NCBI GenBank assembly: GCA_024704765.1
Contig: JAKMXF010000022.1
Span: 1-64,000 of the forward strand
Length of the DNA: 64,000 nucleotides
From: Oopsacas minuta
Taxonomy: Eukaryota; Animalia; Porifera
Direction: 5' to 3'
Shown: positions 1-12,476 of the stretch, in pieces
How the letters are laid out: each line of letters begins with the position of its first letter
Numbering within the stretch: the first letter of the stretch is position 1
Program-made: the position numbers and the translations under genes
The notes under the pieces: model-generated
Databases searched by the model: none
What the model saw: the letters and a program-made list of their open reading frames with translations, nothing else
Told to the model about the DNA's origin: nothing

Positions 1-2873
1 TATCTCTTCTCTCTCAGTTTTTACATTTGCCAGTTCAGTTTTTAAATTTAAGATTAAGGCATCTATCTGTCTCTTTTGCTCCAATTCCTCTCGTGACTTT
101 TCAGTTATTTCTAATGAACCATGGATAAATATGCTATAATTACTCGGTTTGAAGGATCATACCTGTTGTTACTGATGGCTTTATTCTAGGAGGAGGGAGA
201 GGGTGATCCTGTGGAGGAGAATTTAAGACAACTGATACTCTCTCTTCATGTCTCGGTAGTGTACTCTTGAATACAGGAGGAGACTGGCCTGATATAGTAG
301 CTCTCCTCTCCTCTCTAACTATTTTGAAGGGTTTAACTGTCTGAGGATTAGCTTCTAATTGGTACTTTGGAATTTCTTCTCTGTATTCTGAAAATTGAAA
401 TTAAATTAATATTAATCACATATTAGCAGACTATTACAATTCGTATTATTGAATTTAGTATAATTTCTCCTGAATTAATCACCGCTAATATTCACTAATC
501 AACCAAATAATGCTCTAATTAAATACCAGATACATAATGTAGATACAATAATACTTACTTGGTGGTATATCAGGTCTCTCTATAGACTGTATAGGTGAAT
601 ATTCAATAGTAGGAGACAAGACATTAACTTCTACTCTAGATCTATCTTCTTGTCTAGTTACAGGTATTACAGGATTATCTGTACCGGATAAAGTTGCTCT
701 CCTTTCAGGCAAATACGGAGGGTGCTCTCCGCGACGTAAATTAGCCAGATGTTTACTGGCGAGGTCTAAATAAGCATAGAGTAAATCAACACAATATATT
801 ATGCAAACAAGTTTATATAAACTTGTTTAGTAGACAATAATACTGTCTATAGAATTAACCATAAGATTATACCAAGTAATATAATTATAATTTTGTGGTA
901 GAAATTATACGAACTCAATCAAAGTTTGAGATAATGAAAAAACTCAAAATAGTAATTTTACGTAAGATATTAAGATACTAAAAATATTATATAACCTCCA
1001 TTAAATTAATTAATTAAATAATTAAAATGCTATAAAAAGTTCTGCTAACATCAAACGTATGATTCAATAAAATTGGACAAAAATATCAAAACTGTTTTCG
1101 TGAACAAAATAAATGAATAAATAATAAAATATGACAGTACCTATTTCAGAGTAGATTGGTTTCTTGAGAGGTTCTTTCTTTTTGTACTGGGGTGCTATGT
1201 CTGATAACTCTAGCTTAATCTCCTGTACAGATATGCTAAACTGACTCACAGTAAAAGGCTGTACTTCATATACTACAGCATCAGAATCCGGTATAACTAG
1301 ACTACCTCTATGCTCACCAGCTGACAGTTTAGCAGAAGCTATGAATAACTCTTTTCTGTACTCCCATCTGAGGGTAATAGGATGTTCTGTATCCTTCATA
1401 TCTAAATATTCTAGATTTCTCTCCAGGGTAGGTTGCTGCTTCTGCCATAGGAGTTTAACTTCAAACTTATCTCCCTTGGTGTTATCACGAGGCTGAGAGC
1501 GTGTATAAGGCACTTCATGATGTTGTTGTATCAACTCTACTTCAGGTTGATGAGCTATATAAGTCATATATATTAGACGTAATTGTACTTATCATACAAG
1601 TACTAGTTTAATCATAAGCATAACTCACATTCTCGGAAGTTCGTACGTGGAACCAGTTTAGGCTGAATCAATGGGTTTGTAGGAGAATTAGTATCCACAG
1701 TATAAGAGGGAGGAGATCTTATTTCAATATCTCTGAACCTGGAATCACTAGCATGTCTCGTAATAGGGGTATGATTTTGTTTAAATGGGAGCTGTCCTGG
1801 CTCACTAGGAGGGGGGGGGGGGGGGCACGAGGAGCGTACTGCATCTGAGAGGATTGAGAGTACCCGAAAGGAGTTGTGGTATTGGGTAGGGGGTAGGGGG
1901 GGCTGATACTGTATATTGGGGTACTTTTGGATGGAATAAGCCCGATTGTATGTTACTGGTTTGAAAGAGTTTGTTTCTAGGCCCCTCCTGTACATAGGGT
2001 GCTATTTGATGGTTGCTAGATGAAACTAGATCTCTTCCAGCAGGAGTAGGCTTTTGTTTGGGAGGAAAGTGTATCTGTCTAAACATTTCTCCTTCTAGGG
2101 CCTGTGAATAATCTATAACAATAAACAAGGAGGAAAGGAATGTATAATCTCAATATTTGATGATATTAATAAGAAAAATTTGTTTTATTAGTGAAGATAT
2201 ATAGATTTGATGGACATATTGATGGATTCAGAGTATTCGAGATCATTAACCATTATGTTTAATTAATTATTTAATTAATATTACAAAATTACAAAATTCT
2301 TTGTAACAAGTTATTTAGTAATTTTTATGGCAAACAAATGAAAAAATACTAAACCCAACAAACCAAAAATTGCTAATTAGAATATTAATAAAAATTAATT
2401 ATATTCATTCCATAACAACGATTCATACCTTCAGGAATGTATGGTGGTATTGCAACATCCATTCTTGTTGACCCAACAGGAGCACTAAAGTCGTTTTTTG
2501 GAGGATGTGAAATGTTCCGAGTGAGTTGATGGGGAGGAGATGTGTTGTCTAAATTTGCTCTATTAACTGATTGCCTAAATAATAGATAATTTGATTAAAA
2601 CATGCTGCCCTCACCGTTTATAGTAGTAGGTGTTAATATACGTAGTCAATTGTCTAAATGGCATCCAATAAAATCGACAAGAATATATATGTACCTGTGT
2701 AGAGCGCGAACAGGATCCAAAGAACTGTCCAGTGAATTGGGCCCATCGGCCACCATACATGTCCCCATATGATTATCTTTTGCTAATTCTGAATCAAATT
2801 TATCCCCACACATGTAGCACTCATAGAGATCATATCTCGGTAGTGATGAGGTATCACCTTGTTGTGAAATCAT
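1..2873 (-). CDS. Gene A (3' end runs off the window): C2HC-like zinc finger, P/Q-rich region, CBM48/E-set-like domain, coiled coil; frameshift at G15
   Basis: Phase-consistent GT-AG exons join ORFs 2646-2939, 1805-2128, 1612-1995 and 1064-1567 to exons near 765-559, 387-163 and 110-1 (ITEKSREELEQKRQIDALILNLKTELANVK). CYMC..H..C motif. The start codon is tentative. Confidence 0.65.
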
Positions 2874-3366
2874 TCTTGAAGAGTAATAAACACAAATAAA
2901 TAATAAAGTAACATACAATAGTATGTTTACTTGGGACACAGGTATTTATAGATGTCAGTGTTTAGAAATTCTCAGGCATAGCAACAAATTTAGCCAATAG
3001 GTATGTTCAGAAAATACAATGTTATTAATTATAAACACATACGTAACTATCCTATCTATAATCGTCATAGATACAGCATGAGCTTTTTGGAATGGCACAT
3101 AGATAGTATATGTAGGTATCAATCGAACCTTGGATAAGATTAACTCAAGTTATATTGAGCAAGATACCAACAAATTTCACAATAATCGAGGAATATTATA
3201 GCCCTCATCTCCCACAATAAGATTCTGTTTCACACAAATCTCACGCTCACACGATAAGTCGATAGCTGATTTGTCCACACTTTTAAAACGCGATTAACCG
3301 AATAGTTTCGTAACAAAACATTCCTGTATCAACAAGTGTAAGAATAACATATGTCAAATAAAGTGT

Positions 3367-4263
3367 TTATTTAAACTTGATAATCTTGAGGATTAAAACT
3401 GCTGATTCTGCACCAGTATGAATCAAAGGGAGGGTGAATTTTTCTACAGTATACATTATTTCTGAGTCACTGAGAGACAGCTGGCCAAAATGGTCTCCTT
3501 CCTCAAGGTTAACTATACAGGTGTAGCACTCTGACCTTCTATCCCATTGCAGGGTACAGCAACCGTTATAATTGTCGAAGTAGAATACGTTATCACCAAT
3601 TGTTTCCACCTGTTTATACCAAATCAGTCGTACACTGTAACTACGAATACGACTGGAACTGGTCTTGAAATCTCCTTCTGGGAGGTGTTTAGGCTGTGGT
3701 AATTTAAGGTTATTATTATTCTGTATTCTAGCTAAGTTCTGTGAAGGTGATATCGGTTCTGTAATGACATTCCGTGGAAAAGGAAGTTCAGGTGAATTAG
3801 CTCGGTGTAAGGTAGGGTAGCTGAAGTGAGGGTCAGGAAGATTCAGTGCATGTGAAGCCTGGGTGTGAGGAGGCTGGGCTACAGTCTCGTATGGAGATTT
3901 CATTCCAACCAACAATTGTGGAGATGGCATTACAGCTTGATGCTGAGGAGGAATATAGTGCAGAGGTGAAGGCAGATTAGGTTGGAGTTGAGGCTGAGGA
4001 GGATAAGGAATACCTTGATTCATGAGATTGTTTGGGAGCTGAGATCCTTGTGAAGGAGATTGAGTAGTAGTAGTAGTAGTATCATAATGCTGTACGCCTT
4101 GCTGATGTAGCTGGGTGCTAGCTGTAGATTCAGGATAAGGTTGGATAGATTGAAGAGGACTTGTTTTCTCACGAACAGGCCAGAATTTAGACATTCTAGA
4201 ATAGATATAAAAATATGGAAAAGATTCTATATATGTAGTATCTGTTATCAACCTACGCAGCAT

Positions 4264-4301
<38 letters not shown>

Positions 4302-5282
4302 CTCTCTAATATACACTCTCTATGCACAGAATTCCTACGGAAAGGTGACGTAATAATTTCAATACTGTGTCGCTCTCTTTGATGATTTTCTAACTCATGA
4401 AGTGTAGAGAAGTACTTATCATATTGAGTGCATAAGAATAGACTGTTATGGTCCAGAGAGTTGTTTCTATCCGTGCTAGTATGTCCAGTTGCCCTGGGTA
4501 TAACAGCTCCCTCAGATGGTAGGTATACAGTAGGATGGACAGATTGGACTGAGAAAGGCTCCTTCAAGGTGTGAGGAGGCGTCCCATGAACTTGATTATC
4601 AGTCATCTGGAATGTGAGCATTTGTTCTGGATCATTGCATTTATGGCTATACAGCTGGTCGAGAGAGGGAAAATAATTCTTGCAATACATACATCTACAA
4701 TGAAGTGTATTAGCAGCTTGAATATTTGGAGATTTCGAAACAGTAGTGTGTGTGGCCTGAGGATCCGACTTATAGGATAGAGTACAAATATTCCGAATAG
4801 AGTGTTCTATGTCATGAGACCCCCACACTATACGTATGTTCAATTCTGTATCTATTTTCTTGCGGAATTCTTCTATCGATGCAGTTACTGTTGTTAATAT
4901 TTTGAAGTTAACATTTCCTAAGGTGTTTGTACCTAATCACACAAGAATTATAAATTGAGTTACTGTACATGGAAAATATTTATTTATTTATTTATTTATT
5001 ACCCAACTTTTGCTGATTTAGATTGTACGTCTCGTTGAGAAGATTGATATTTCTAGCACACATATCTAACTCATTCAATCTTGTATTCAATATTTCATTC
5101 AACTCTTGGTTAACTTTCTCCTCCTTCTCAGAAAGAGATTGTCTGATCTGATCAAATTTCCGTTTCAAGTCAGCATGCTGACCTTCAATAACTCTCCTGA
5201 TTTTCTCCTTGGCTAGAAGAACCTCTTGGTTATTCGAGCTCTCAGGGATATTTCCATGAGAATATGCTGGCAGTTGACTCAT
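3367..5282 (-). CDS. Gene B, 3 exons: coiled-coil module, C2H2-like fingers, polyQ/P-rich region, CBM48/E-set-like C-terminal domain; paralog of gene A
   Basis: ORFs 4992-5282, 4253-4843 and 3367-4263 join through two phase-correct short introns. The C-terminal domain aligns by eye with the ORF 1064-1567 domain. Confidence 0.75.
4265..4300 (-). repeat. (CAA)12 coding microsatellite, polyQ in gene B
   Basis: Twelve TTG units on the + strand, read as Q12 in ORF 4253-4843. Confidence 0.95.
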
Positions 5283-5888
5283 ATGTAACCGATAATAGTT
5301 TGAGAAATCAGTATATTTGTGTTATCCTCAATCTAAAACAAGAGTTATGCAATTTACAATCAAGTAGATATTAAACAATTTGGAAATTCCTCAAAGATTA
5401 TAATCAGTGAATGAATTGTTGATGAATTAGGAGTATAATGTCAGTTCATTAACATGATTACTTGCATAATTAAACCACTGTTATACAAGTTTGTTGCGTA
5501 ACGCTTAAGTGGTCAATTGTGACCGACACAATGAATATTGGAGTCAGAAAGTGTGAAAATTCTATGTATAAATGAATGATTAAGTCTTTTCTACGCTATC
5601 GACAGCACCAATTGAGTTAATAGTGTCGTAATAACAAATTTTCAATATTTGTCTACTAGCCAAATTATGTGTTTTAAATAGATGATATTTGACTACCTCT
5701 AGTTGTAAGAGTTTTGCATTATAAGTTATAAAGAACATAATTATGGGAATAGATATTATAAAATATTACATAGTAATAGCAATACTCTAGTGATATAGAG
5801 AGAGGAAGAATATAAGTCTCTAGTGATAAATACTAACTAGCAAGTCAACTCTATAACTAAAGGGGAAATACTAATAGTCATCAGCTAG

Positions 5889-7438
5889 CTATGACTGAGG
5901 TCCTGTTATGTAGTTCAAGAAATCACATCTAGTTATAGTGAAGACACCCTGAGTAGGGGTCTGATTGATAACAGCGAATAGATTCTTCTCTACAATTCTA
6001 CTAACTCTACCTAGAGTTAGGTCATGAGGTATAGTAGGGTACTCAGGAGATAGAGCTTTGGAGACGTTGTCATCCATGGTACACCCGCTCCGTATCAATT
6101 TAGCTGTTAGGCTCTTCATTGTTACTACACCGAATAAAGATCCGTCATCAGTGACTATAGGCAAGTGGTCTAATCCCTTCTTCTCCATCAAATCTCTGGC
6201 CTATAAGTATACAATTAAATATATTAGCATGATATAATACTAAATTATACTACTATAGTGTACCTCTTTGCAAGTTATGCGTCTCTTGCTAGTGATAGGA
6301 GGCTGTAGTTTGACAGCTGATAGAGGTTTGTTCCACCACCAAGGATTCTCTCTCCCAAGTCTGACTCATCCATCAGTCCTTTCTCTATCATCCAGTCATC
6401 ATTCAGATGTTTAGTCATATAATTACGGATTGAGTCTGGGATAAGTACTACACATCTCTGACCCGCCTTAAGATCCCTACAGGCTTCTAAAGCAGCTACA
6501 ACAGTAGTACCAGATGATCCCCCGCATAGCAGTCCCTCCTCCTTTACAAGTCTCCTGGCCATCAGGAAGGTCTCCTTATCTCCAACCTTAATCCACTGGT
6601 CTATACAATCCTTGGCTAGTACTGTGGGTACAAAATCATGACCAATTCCTTCTACTTCAAACGGCTTAACTCCAGCAGCATTGAGGGCGGGAGGTTCCGC
6701 CATTATGCTACCAACTGGGTCCACTGATACTATACGACAGCTTGGAATTCTCTCCTTAATCTTACGACTTATCCCTGCTACCATACCTCCAGTCCCTGCT
6801 CCGATAACAATCATATCTAACTTCCCATCACATTGATGAATAATCTCCTCTGCAGTGACGTCATAATGTACAATAGGATTGTAAGGGTTTACATACTGGT
6901 TTAGGATGTGAGAATTAGGAGTCTCTTTCTGGAGTTTGAAAGCATATCCTATGTGAGTATCCTCACCCTTGAATCCTGAAGCAGGTGTTCTTATTAGTTC
7001 AGCACCAAGAGCTCTCATAGTGTACTCTTTCTCTAGACTCATTCTCTGAGGCATAACTATTATACATTTGTATCCCATGACAGCTGTCACTAAAGCTACT
7101 CCTATTCCTGTATTACCAGAGCTTGGTTCTATTATCGTATCTCCTTTCTTGATCTTACCAGTCTTCTCCATCTCCTGGAGCATACGAATAGCTATCCTGT
7201 CCTTCACAGATCCTCCTGAATTGAAATACTCGCATTTAGCAATCAGTTCGCATTTTATTCCCTCCTTCTTAGCTAGACGGTCCAAACGAATCATTGGTGT
7301 ATCCCCAATAGCATCCAGAGTAGAGGAGTAGATGCCCGGTTTTCTGGGCTCCCATTTCTCATGACAATGAGGTGATTTATCTTTTGGATCTCCGACTTTA
7401 TACGTACACCTGCAAGGAATGTCTGGCGTTTCTATCAT
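5889..7438 (-). CDS. CBS: Cystathionine beta-synthase, 2 exons (intron 6201-6263), with an apparent 2-nt frameshift at 6347-6354
   Basis: Heme ligand region (CRCTY..SPHCH), GGSVKDR PLP lysine, EPSSGNTG, GTGG and VEGIG motifs. PWWW linker and CBS domain (LMEKKGLDHLPIV) lie in a shifted frame and the second exon. Confidence 0.95.
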
Positions 7439-8212
7439 CGTTACGAGGTTGGAGTTAAGCTATTCAATTGGAACAGAATATAATATACGATAATTATAAT
7501 CAATATGGCCTAAATATATAACATTTCTATTAAATAAAGATACTATCATATTTCAATGCAATAACCTCGTGTTAGTAATCTGTTGGATGCAGAATCACAC
7601 AAACCATGGATACATAGTATCCATGCTAGGTTCACTAGTATTTAGACAGAATACGTAATGTTCCAACAGGATCCCAACTTCCAACCTGTTACATAACCGG
7701 TCATCCCGTTACGTCATGCTAGAATCACATAAAACATGGATGTTTTCTTATCTACTTCTATGTTAGTTTCACACACTACTAGTTAGACAGAATATGTGTT
7801 CAACTCAGATGCCCCAATCTCCATCATGTTACTAGCGTAACATGATGTCCTGATGCACAATCGTCAGTTAATTATTAAACATAACTCTATTGCATTGACA
7901 TAAAAATATGTTGAGCAGTAAAGAAATCTCAGGCGATTGGTCATTGGAACCAATATACTCACTCTAGTACCATAGTAGATGGAGATTCATTACTATAATA
8001 CCTGCATGACCTCTCGCATAATCGCTGAAACACTTTTTTCGGGACTATATACTACAAATTCATTTGTAATAAGTACGATTATTGTGATTCTAGCACGCGC
8101 GTGATTCTTGGATTCAACAGTTTATAGATTGATCCCTACAAAATATCAGTTAAGAAATCTAGTATAATTAATAATGTGTTACTAATATTATAACAAATTC
8201 AGAGACAATAGA

Positions 8213-9045
8213 TTATTGTGTATTTTCATATAGACAGTCCTCCAATAAGCTGAAATCATCTCCGATATCTCCAACAGATGAGGTCTTACTCTGATCAGAC
8301 ACCTCAGAATCTGTATCCGAGTATATATTCCCCTTGATTTCCTCCCTCAGAGCACAATCTCTGATATATATGTCATCTGTCTCTTCTACTACTGACGTCA
8401 CCTAATATTAGTTTATTAACAGCTGTTCAACTTGTGGTAAAGTAAATAATATACCTTAACGTTACCAACTTTAAACATGCCAAGAAAGTCCCCCATCTTA
8501 ATCTCTGCCTCTCTCTGTCTGCTTTCTCTATCCTTGTCTCTGTCAATCAGCTCCTGCATATCAGAAGTGCTCAACAGCTGAGTGCTCCTTGGTGAGGGAC
8601 TGGAGGCAATCTTATGCTTAAGCTTCTCTAACTTCTCTTTATCTTGCCGGGACAGAAATCATAAATTCTGAGCAGAACTCACTGATAGCTATGAGTAGTC
8701 TACTGACTCACCAATGTTATCTGATAGAACTCTTGGAGAATTAGTAGTAGGAGTAGAAAGAGGTGAACAGAGGCTTGATTTGTTCTCTTCTATTTTAAGC
8801 TCACTGAAGGCTTGTACCGCCTCCTCGTAGTTCCTTCTAACCTGTATAGCTTCCTCTATAGTAGAGATATACTGTCTTATCTTCTCGCCTCTGTCAGGGA
8901 GGTTGTTGATGATTTTAGAATTATTGATAAGTTTGTTTTGCTTCTCAAGAAGAATCTTCAATTCAGAACAAGATAACTCTTCAAGAGAAAGTTTCTTCCA
9001 TTTCTCTGTATCAAAATATTTTGATTTAACTAACATATGTTCCAT
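8213..9045 (-). CDS. POLR2M: POLR2M/GRINL1A (Gdown1)-like Pol II-associated protein, 3 exons
   Basis: LSCSELKILLEKQNKLINNSKIINNLPDRGEKI resembles the Gdown1 N-terminus as I recall it. Exons are phase-consistent, with an acidic tail. Confidence 0.6.
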
Positions 9046-9267
9046 CTAACAAATGAAATAAACAAATAAGACATCTCGCTGCTCACTGGATGTATAGCAT
9101 ATGATACATTAAATAATATAAATAAATCTTTAAGAAATACCAATAAAAATCAGCTGTTGGCATCTGTGAGTAACTGGAATATGACGTCATAATCAGAAGT
9201 ACTGGCCTAAAACTCTACCAGTTTGAACAAAATAATTTACAGGAAAAATTGCTGGAATTTGATTAAA

Positions 9268-11733
9268 TTAAGAAAAGTTGTATTTCTGAGCTCTCCAATC
9301 TAAATCAAGTTCTAAATCAGAGTCAGAATCTTCATCGTTGGATTTTATAATCTCTTCATTACCATAATGCTTTGAAGATTCTGTTATTCCTCTCTCAGAG
9401 CTTACAATTGTGTCTTGTTTCTTTCTGAGCTCTTCAGCTCGGTTATAATAACAACTCTGTTGATGAGTTTCTGAGTAATCTCTCTCCAACTGAACCATCT
9501 GGTCTTGTTGAGCAACAATCAATTCAGATTGTTCGTTATCAGTTTCTATCAGTTTCTGGAAACTCTCCCATTCCTTCTCCATTGCTTCTTCAGGCCTAAC
9601 TCCTCGTGCCTTAGCGTCTCTTTTGGGGTCATCAAAAAACCCCTCAGGCAGGACCTCTGATGACGTACCATATCCCCTCTTAACCTCATTGACTGCATCA
9701 TTTGTACTAACGGTAGCATCCTCATTTTCAACTGCAGTATCACTGGTTGATGTCCCAGAGCATGAAGGAGCAGAAGTATCAAAGAAATCTGAAGGAAGAT
9801 TATTAGATTGTATCGAGTTGGATGGTGGTGACGTAATAGATTGATGAATAGAATCTGATTCAGTTAGCTGAGGATCTTTACCAGGCTCTGTAGTTGTGTG
9901 AGTACTTTTGAGAATAGATTTTAACTTCTTAGGTTCTACTGGCAGAACTGCTTTATCTGAGTAAATAAGAATAATATACGAATAAATAAATTGTTATACA
10001 GGGTGTTAAGAAATTGATGTCACCTTTTTGAAATTAAATAGAGCCATAAATTAACTATTTGAATCGTGTTTTAGCTTCCAATTCCTATTCTACGTATTTG
10101 AAATAATAGAATTCCTGTAAATTCCGAAAATTATAGACACTAAAAATACTCTCTTGTTCAATTTTTCTTACTTTTCATATACAAGAAATAATCATGGTCA
10201 AAGAAGCTACTCTAGCTGTCCGTACACGTGCAGTTTGCATGATAGAAGCTGGGATTTTTATTAATAAAGTGGCCAAGGTTGTAGGAGTATCTGTCCGTAC
10301 CATTCGGCGCTGGTTGCTGAGGTCCAAGTCTGGTGAACCTCTACAGAACAGGAGGGGCCGTGGAAGGAAAACGTCCGTCACGATGGTACCGAAAGTGGTC
10401 ATTGCCAAGACAATCGGTAAAAAAATGAAATCCACACGAGTTATCTCCCAGAATCTCAAATCTAAAGGGTTTTCTATCTCCCACGTGACAGTACACTCGT
10501 ATTTACGCAAAAATCTGAAAGTTCGACCATACAAACCCCAGGTTCAACCCAAATTGACGGAAAAACAGAGGACAGCTCGGATAAAATTCTGTAATGAAAG
10601 GAAGAATTGGTCAATTGATAGCTGGCGAAGGGTTTTATTCTCGGACGAGTCCTCCTTTGAGGTATTCCACACTCCAAATAAGCAAAACGACCGAGTTTGG
10701 GCGAAATCTAGTTCCAATGTTCCTCCTACCGAAAAGGTCAAATTTCCTGGAAAAATCATGGTCTGGGGTGTGATGTCATACCGAGCCCTCTCACATCTCC
10801 ACATTATCCCCAAAGGACAAACTGTGACATCAGAATATTATGTGGAAGTTATATTGAAACAGTCTCTAATACCCAGCATGCTTCGAACGAGAGATTCAGG
10901 GACTATTCTGGAGAGAAAATTGTTGCTAGAAAGGTCCAAAGCAATTTTTCAACAAGATGGGGCCCCAGCACATACCTCCAAAAGAAGCCAGGAATGGCTA
11001 AAAAACAATATGCCAGGGTTTTGGACCAAGGACATATGGCCTCCAAACTCACCAGACTTAAATCCTATTGAGAACCTCTGGGCTATTTTGCAAACCAAAC
11101 TGGATTCAATGGAGCGAGCAACCAACCTAAAAATGTTAGAAAAGCAGCTGATTTTGGCCTGGAAGGAAATCTCACTGGAGACACTAGAGAAACTCATAGC
11201 AGGGATGCCCTCTCGCATTAATAAATGTTTAAAATTAAATGGAGATTACATAGGAAAGTAAATAGCACACCTTTCTAGTTCGCATTATTGAAATATGCAT
11301 GGTATAAAATGGGACATCAATTTCTTAACACCCTGTATGTAAGATAAACTAGTTGGAAAATACCTATAAATTCCCGTTTGGATCCAGTTTTATTCAATTC
11401 TTTCTGAGAAGTTTTAGTGGTTGCTCTCTTCAAGTTATCCATGTTATCTTTATGCTTACGAGTTTGTACATGGACAGACCAAGCCTTATCATTGGGTATT
11501 TGTAGGGAACATAACACACAATTCAGTTGTCCAGATGTGTTATATTTCGCGAAAGGATGTGCAATTTTATTATCTGATGCTGTGGTGGTGGAGCTATGTG
11601 GTGAGTTAAATGTTTTTTTGTTTACTTTCTTATTGCGAAATTCCTTTATAAAATCTGTCTCGTAAGTTTGGTTTAGTCTGTCACCAGCTGATTCTGTCTT
11701 GGATTTTCTGGATGACTTTATTTTTGAGCTCAT
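9268..11733 (-). CDS. ZNF830: Zinc finger protein 830 (CCDC16), 2 exons (11733-11364, 9956-9268); the intron holds a transposon
   Basis: HPFAKYN..CVLC..W..H..H finger, LPEGFFDDP..DAKARG motif and terminal DWRA motif. Phase-1 splice checked. Confidence 0.92.
9999..11335 (+). mobile_element. Intact 1337-bp IS630-Tc1-mariner transposon with a DD37E triad
   Basis: Perfect 23-bp TIRs (CAGGGTGTTAAGAAATTGATGTC), TA on both flanks, one uninterrupted transposase ORF. Confidence 0.97.
10194..11261 (+). CDS. Tc1-like transposase (HTH plus DDE), 355 aa
   Basis: FSDES, FQQDGAPAH and WPPNSPDLNPIENLW motifs; 37 residues between the second D and the E. Confidence 0.97.
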   Translation: MVKEATLAVRTRAVCMIEAGIFINKVAKVVGVSVRTIRRWLLRSKSGEPLQNRRGRGRKTSVTMVPKVVIAKTIGKKMKSTRVISQNLKSKGFSISHVTVHSYLRKNLKVRPYKPQVQPKLTEKQRTARIKFCNERKNWSIDSWRRVLFSDESSFEVFHTPNKQNDRVWAKSSSNVPPTEKVKFPGKIMVWGVMSYRALSHLHIIPKGQTVTSEYYVEVILKQSLIPSMLRTRDSGTILERKLLLERSKAIFQQDGAPAHTSKRSQEWLKNNMPGFWTKDIWPPNSPDLNPIENLWAILQTKLDSMERATNLKMLEKQLILAWKEISLETLEKLIAGMPSRINKCLKLNGDYIGK

Positions 11734-12476
11734 CTGTATTGAATAAACTTAATAACTTAATTAGGTATTATTGGAATGCATTTTACAAGCATTCTTTGAA
11801 CAAATTCATGTATTACTCACTATTAAAATGATAATACGTTAATCCTACGGTAATGCAAAACTGTACCTCCAAGTATATTTACTCTAAGTGTGATGTAGTA
11901 GATGATAACGTAATTATTACACACTCTGGCCCACCACAGCCAACTACAATTGACTAATACTAATAGTACATTATAAAAGATCATAGGGTGTGTCTGTACA
12001 CTGGTTAGGCTTAGTGTTTGATTACCAGATTTATCAGCAAAGGGCTTGCTACGTGACTTGATAAAGAATTTTATGTAACACCAATTCAGAAAATTTACAA
12101 ACTATATTACAATAAATCCCCACATGATAGGGACCTGCCACAAAGACTAGCTTATAGTACAATGCCTGTACTCAGAGCTAACTTCTATGTTATTGTGTTA
12201 TTGCACAATTTATGACGAGATGAGACTAATAAACATGAGGATAAACAATATCAGGTGACAGGACACTATACTATAGTCAGCACAGGAAATAATAAGATTA
12301 CTAATATTGTTATAACTTACAAGTTGAATTTTTAAAATATGAGATAATATATCAATGTCAAGTGTAATGTAATCTTAGGATAGTTTATGAAAAAGTATCT
12401 CTGCTAAAATCAGCCCAATTTGTTCTTTATAAGTAAGAATATATTCGTATATTGTAAATATAATTCAATGTATAGT

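Noticed and set aside
7068-7331. Short antisense or alternate-frame ORFs over real genes (e.g. 7068-7331, 10175-11218 set, 31454-31780, 47301-47582, 54327-54915)
   Set aside because: Shadows of coding sequence on the other strand or frame, with no independent signals.
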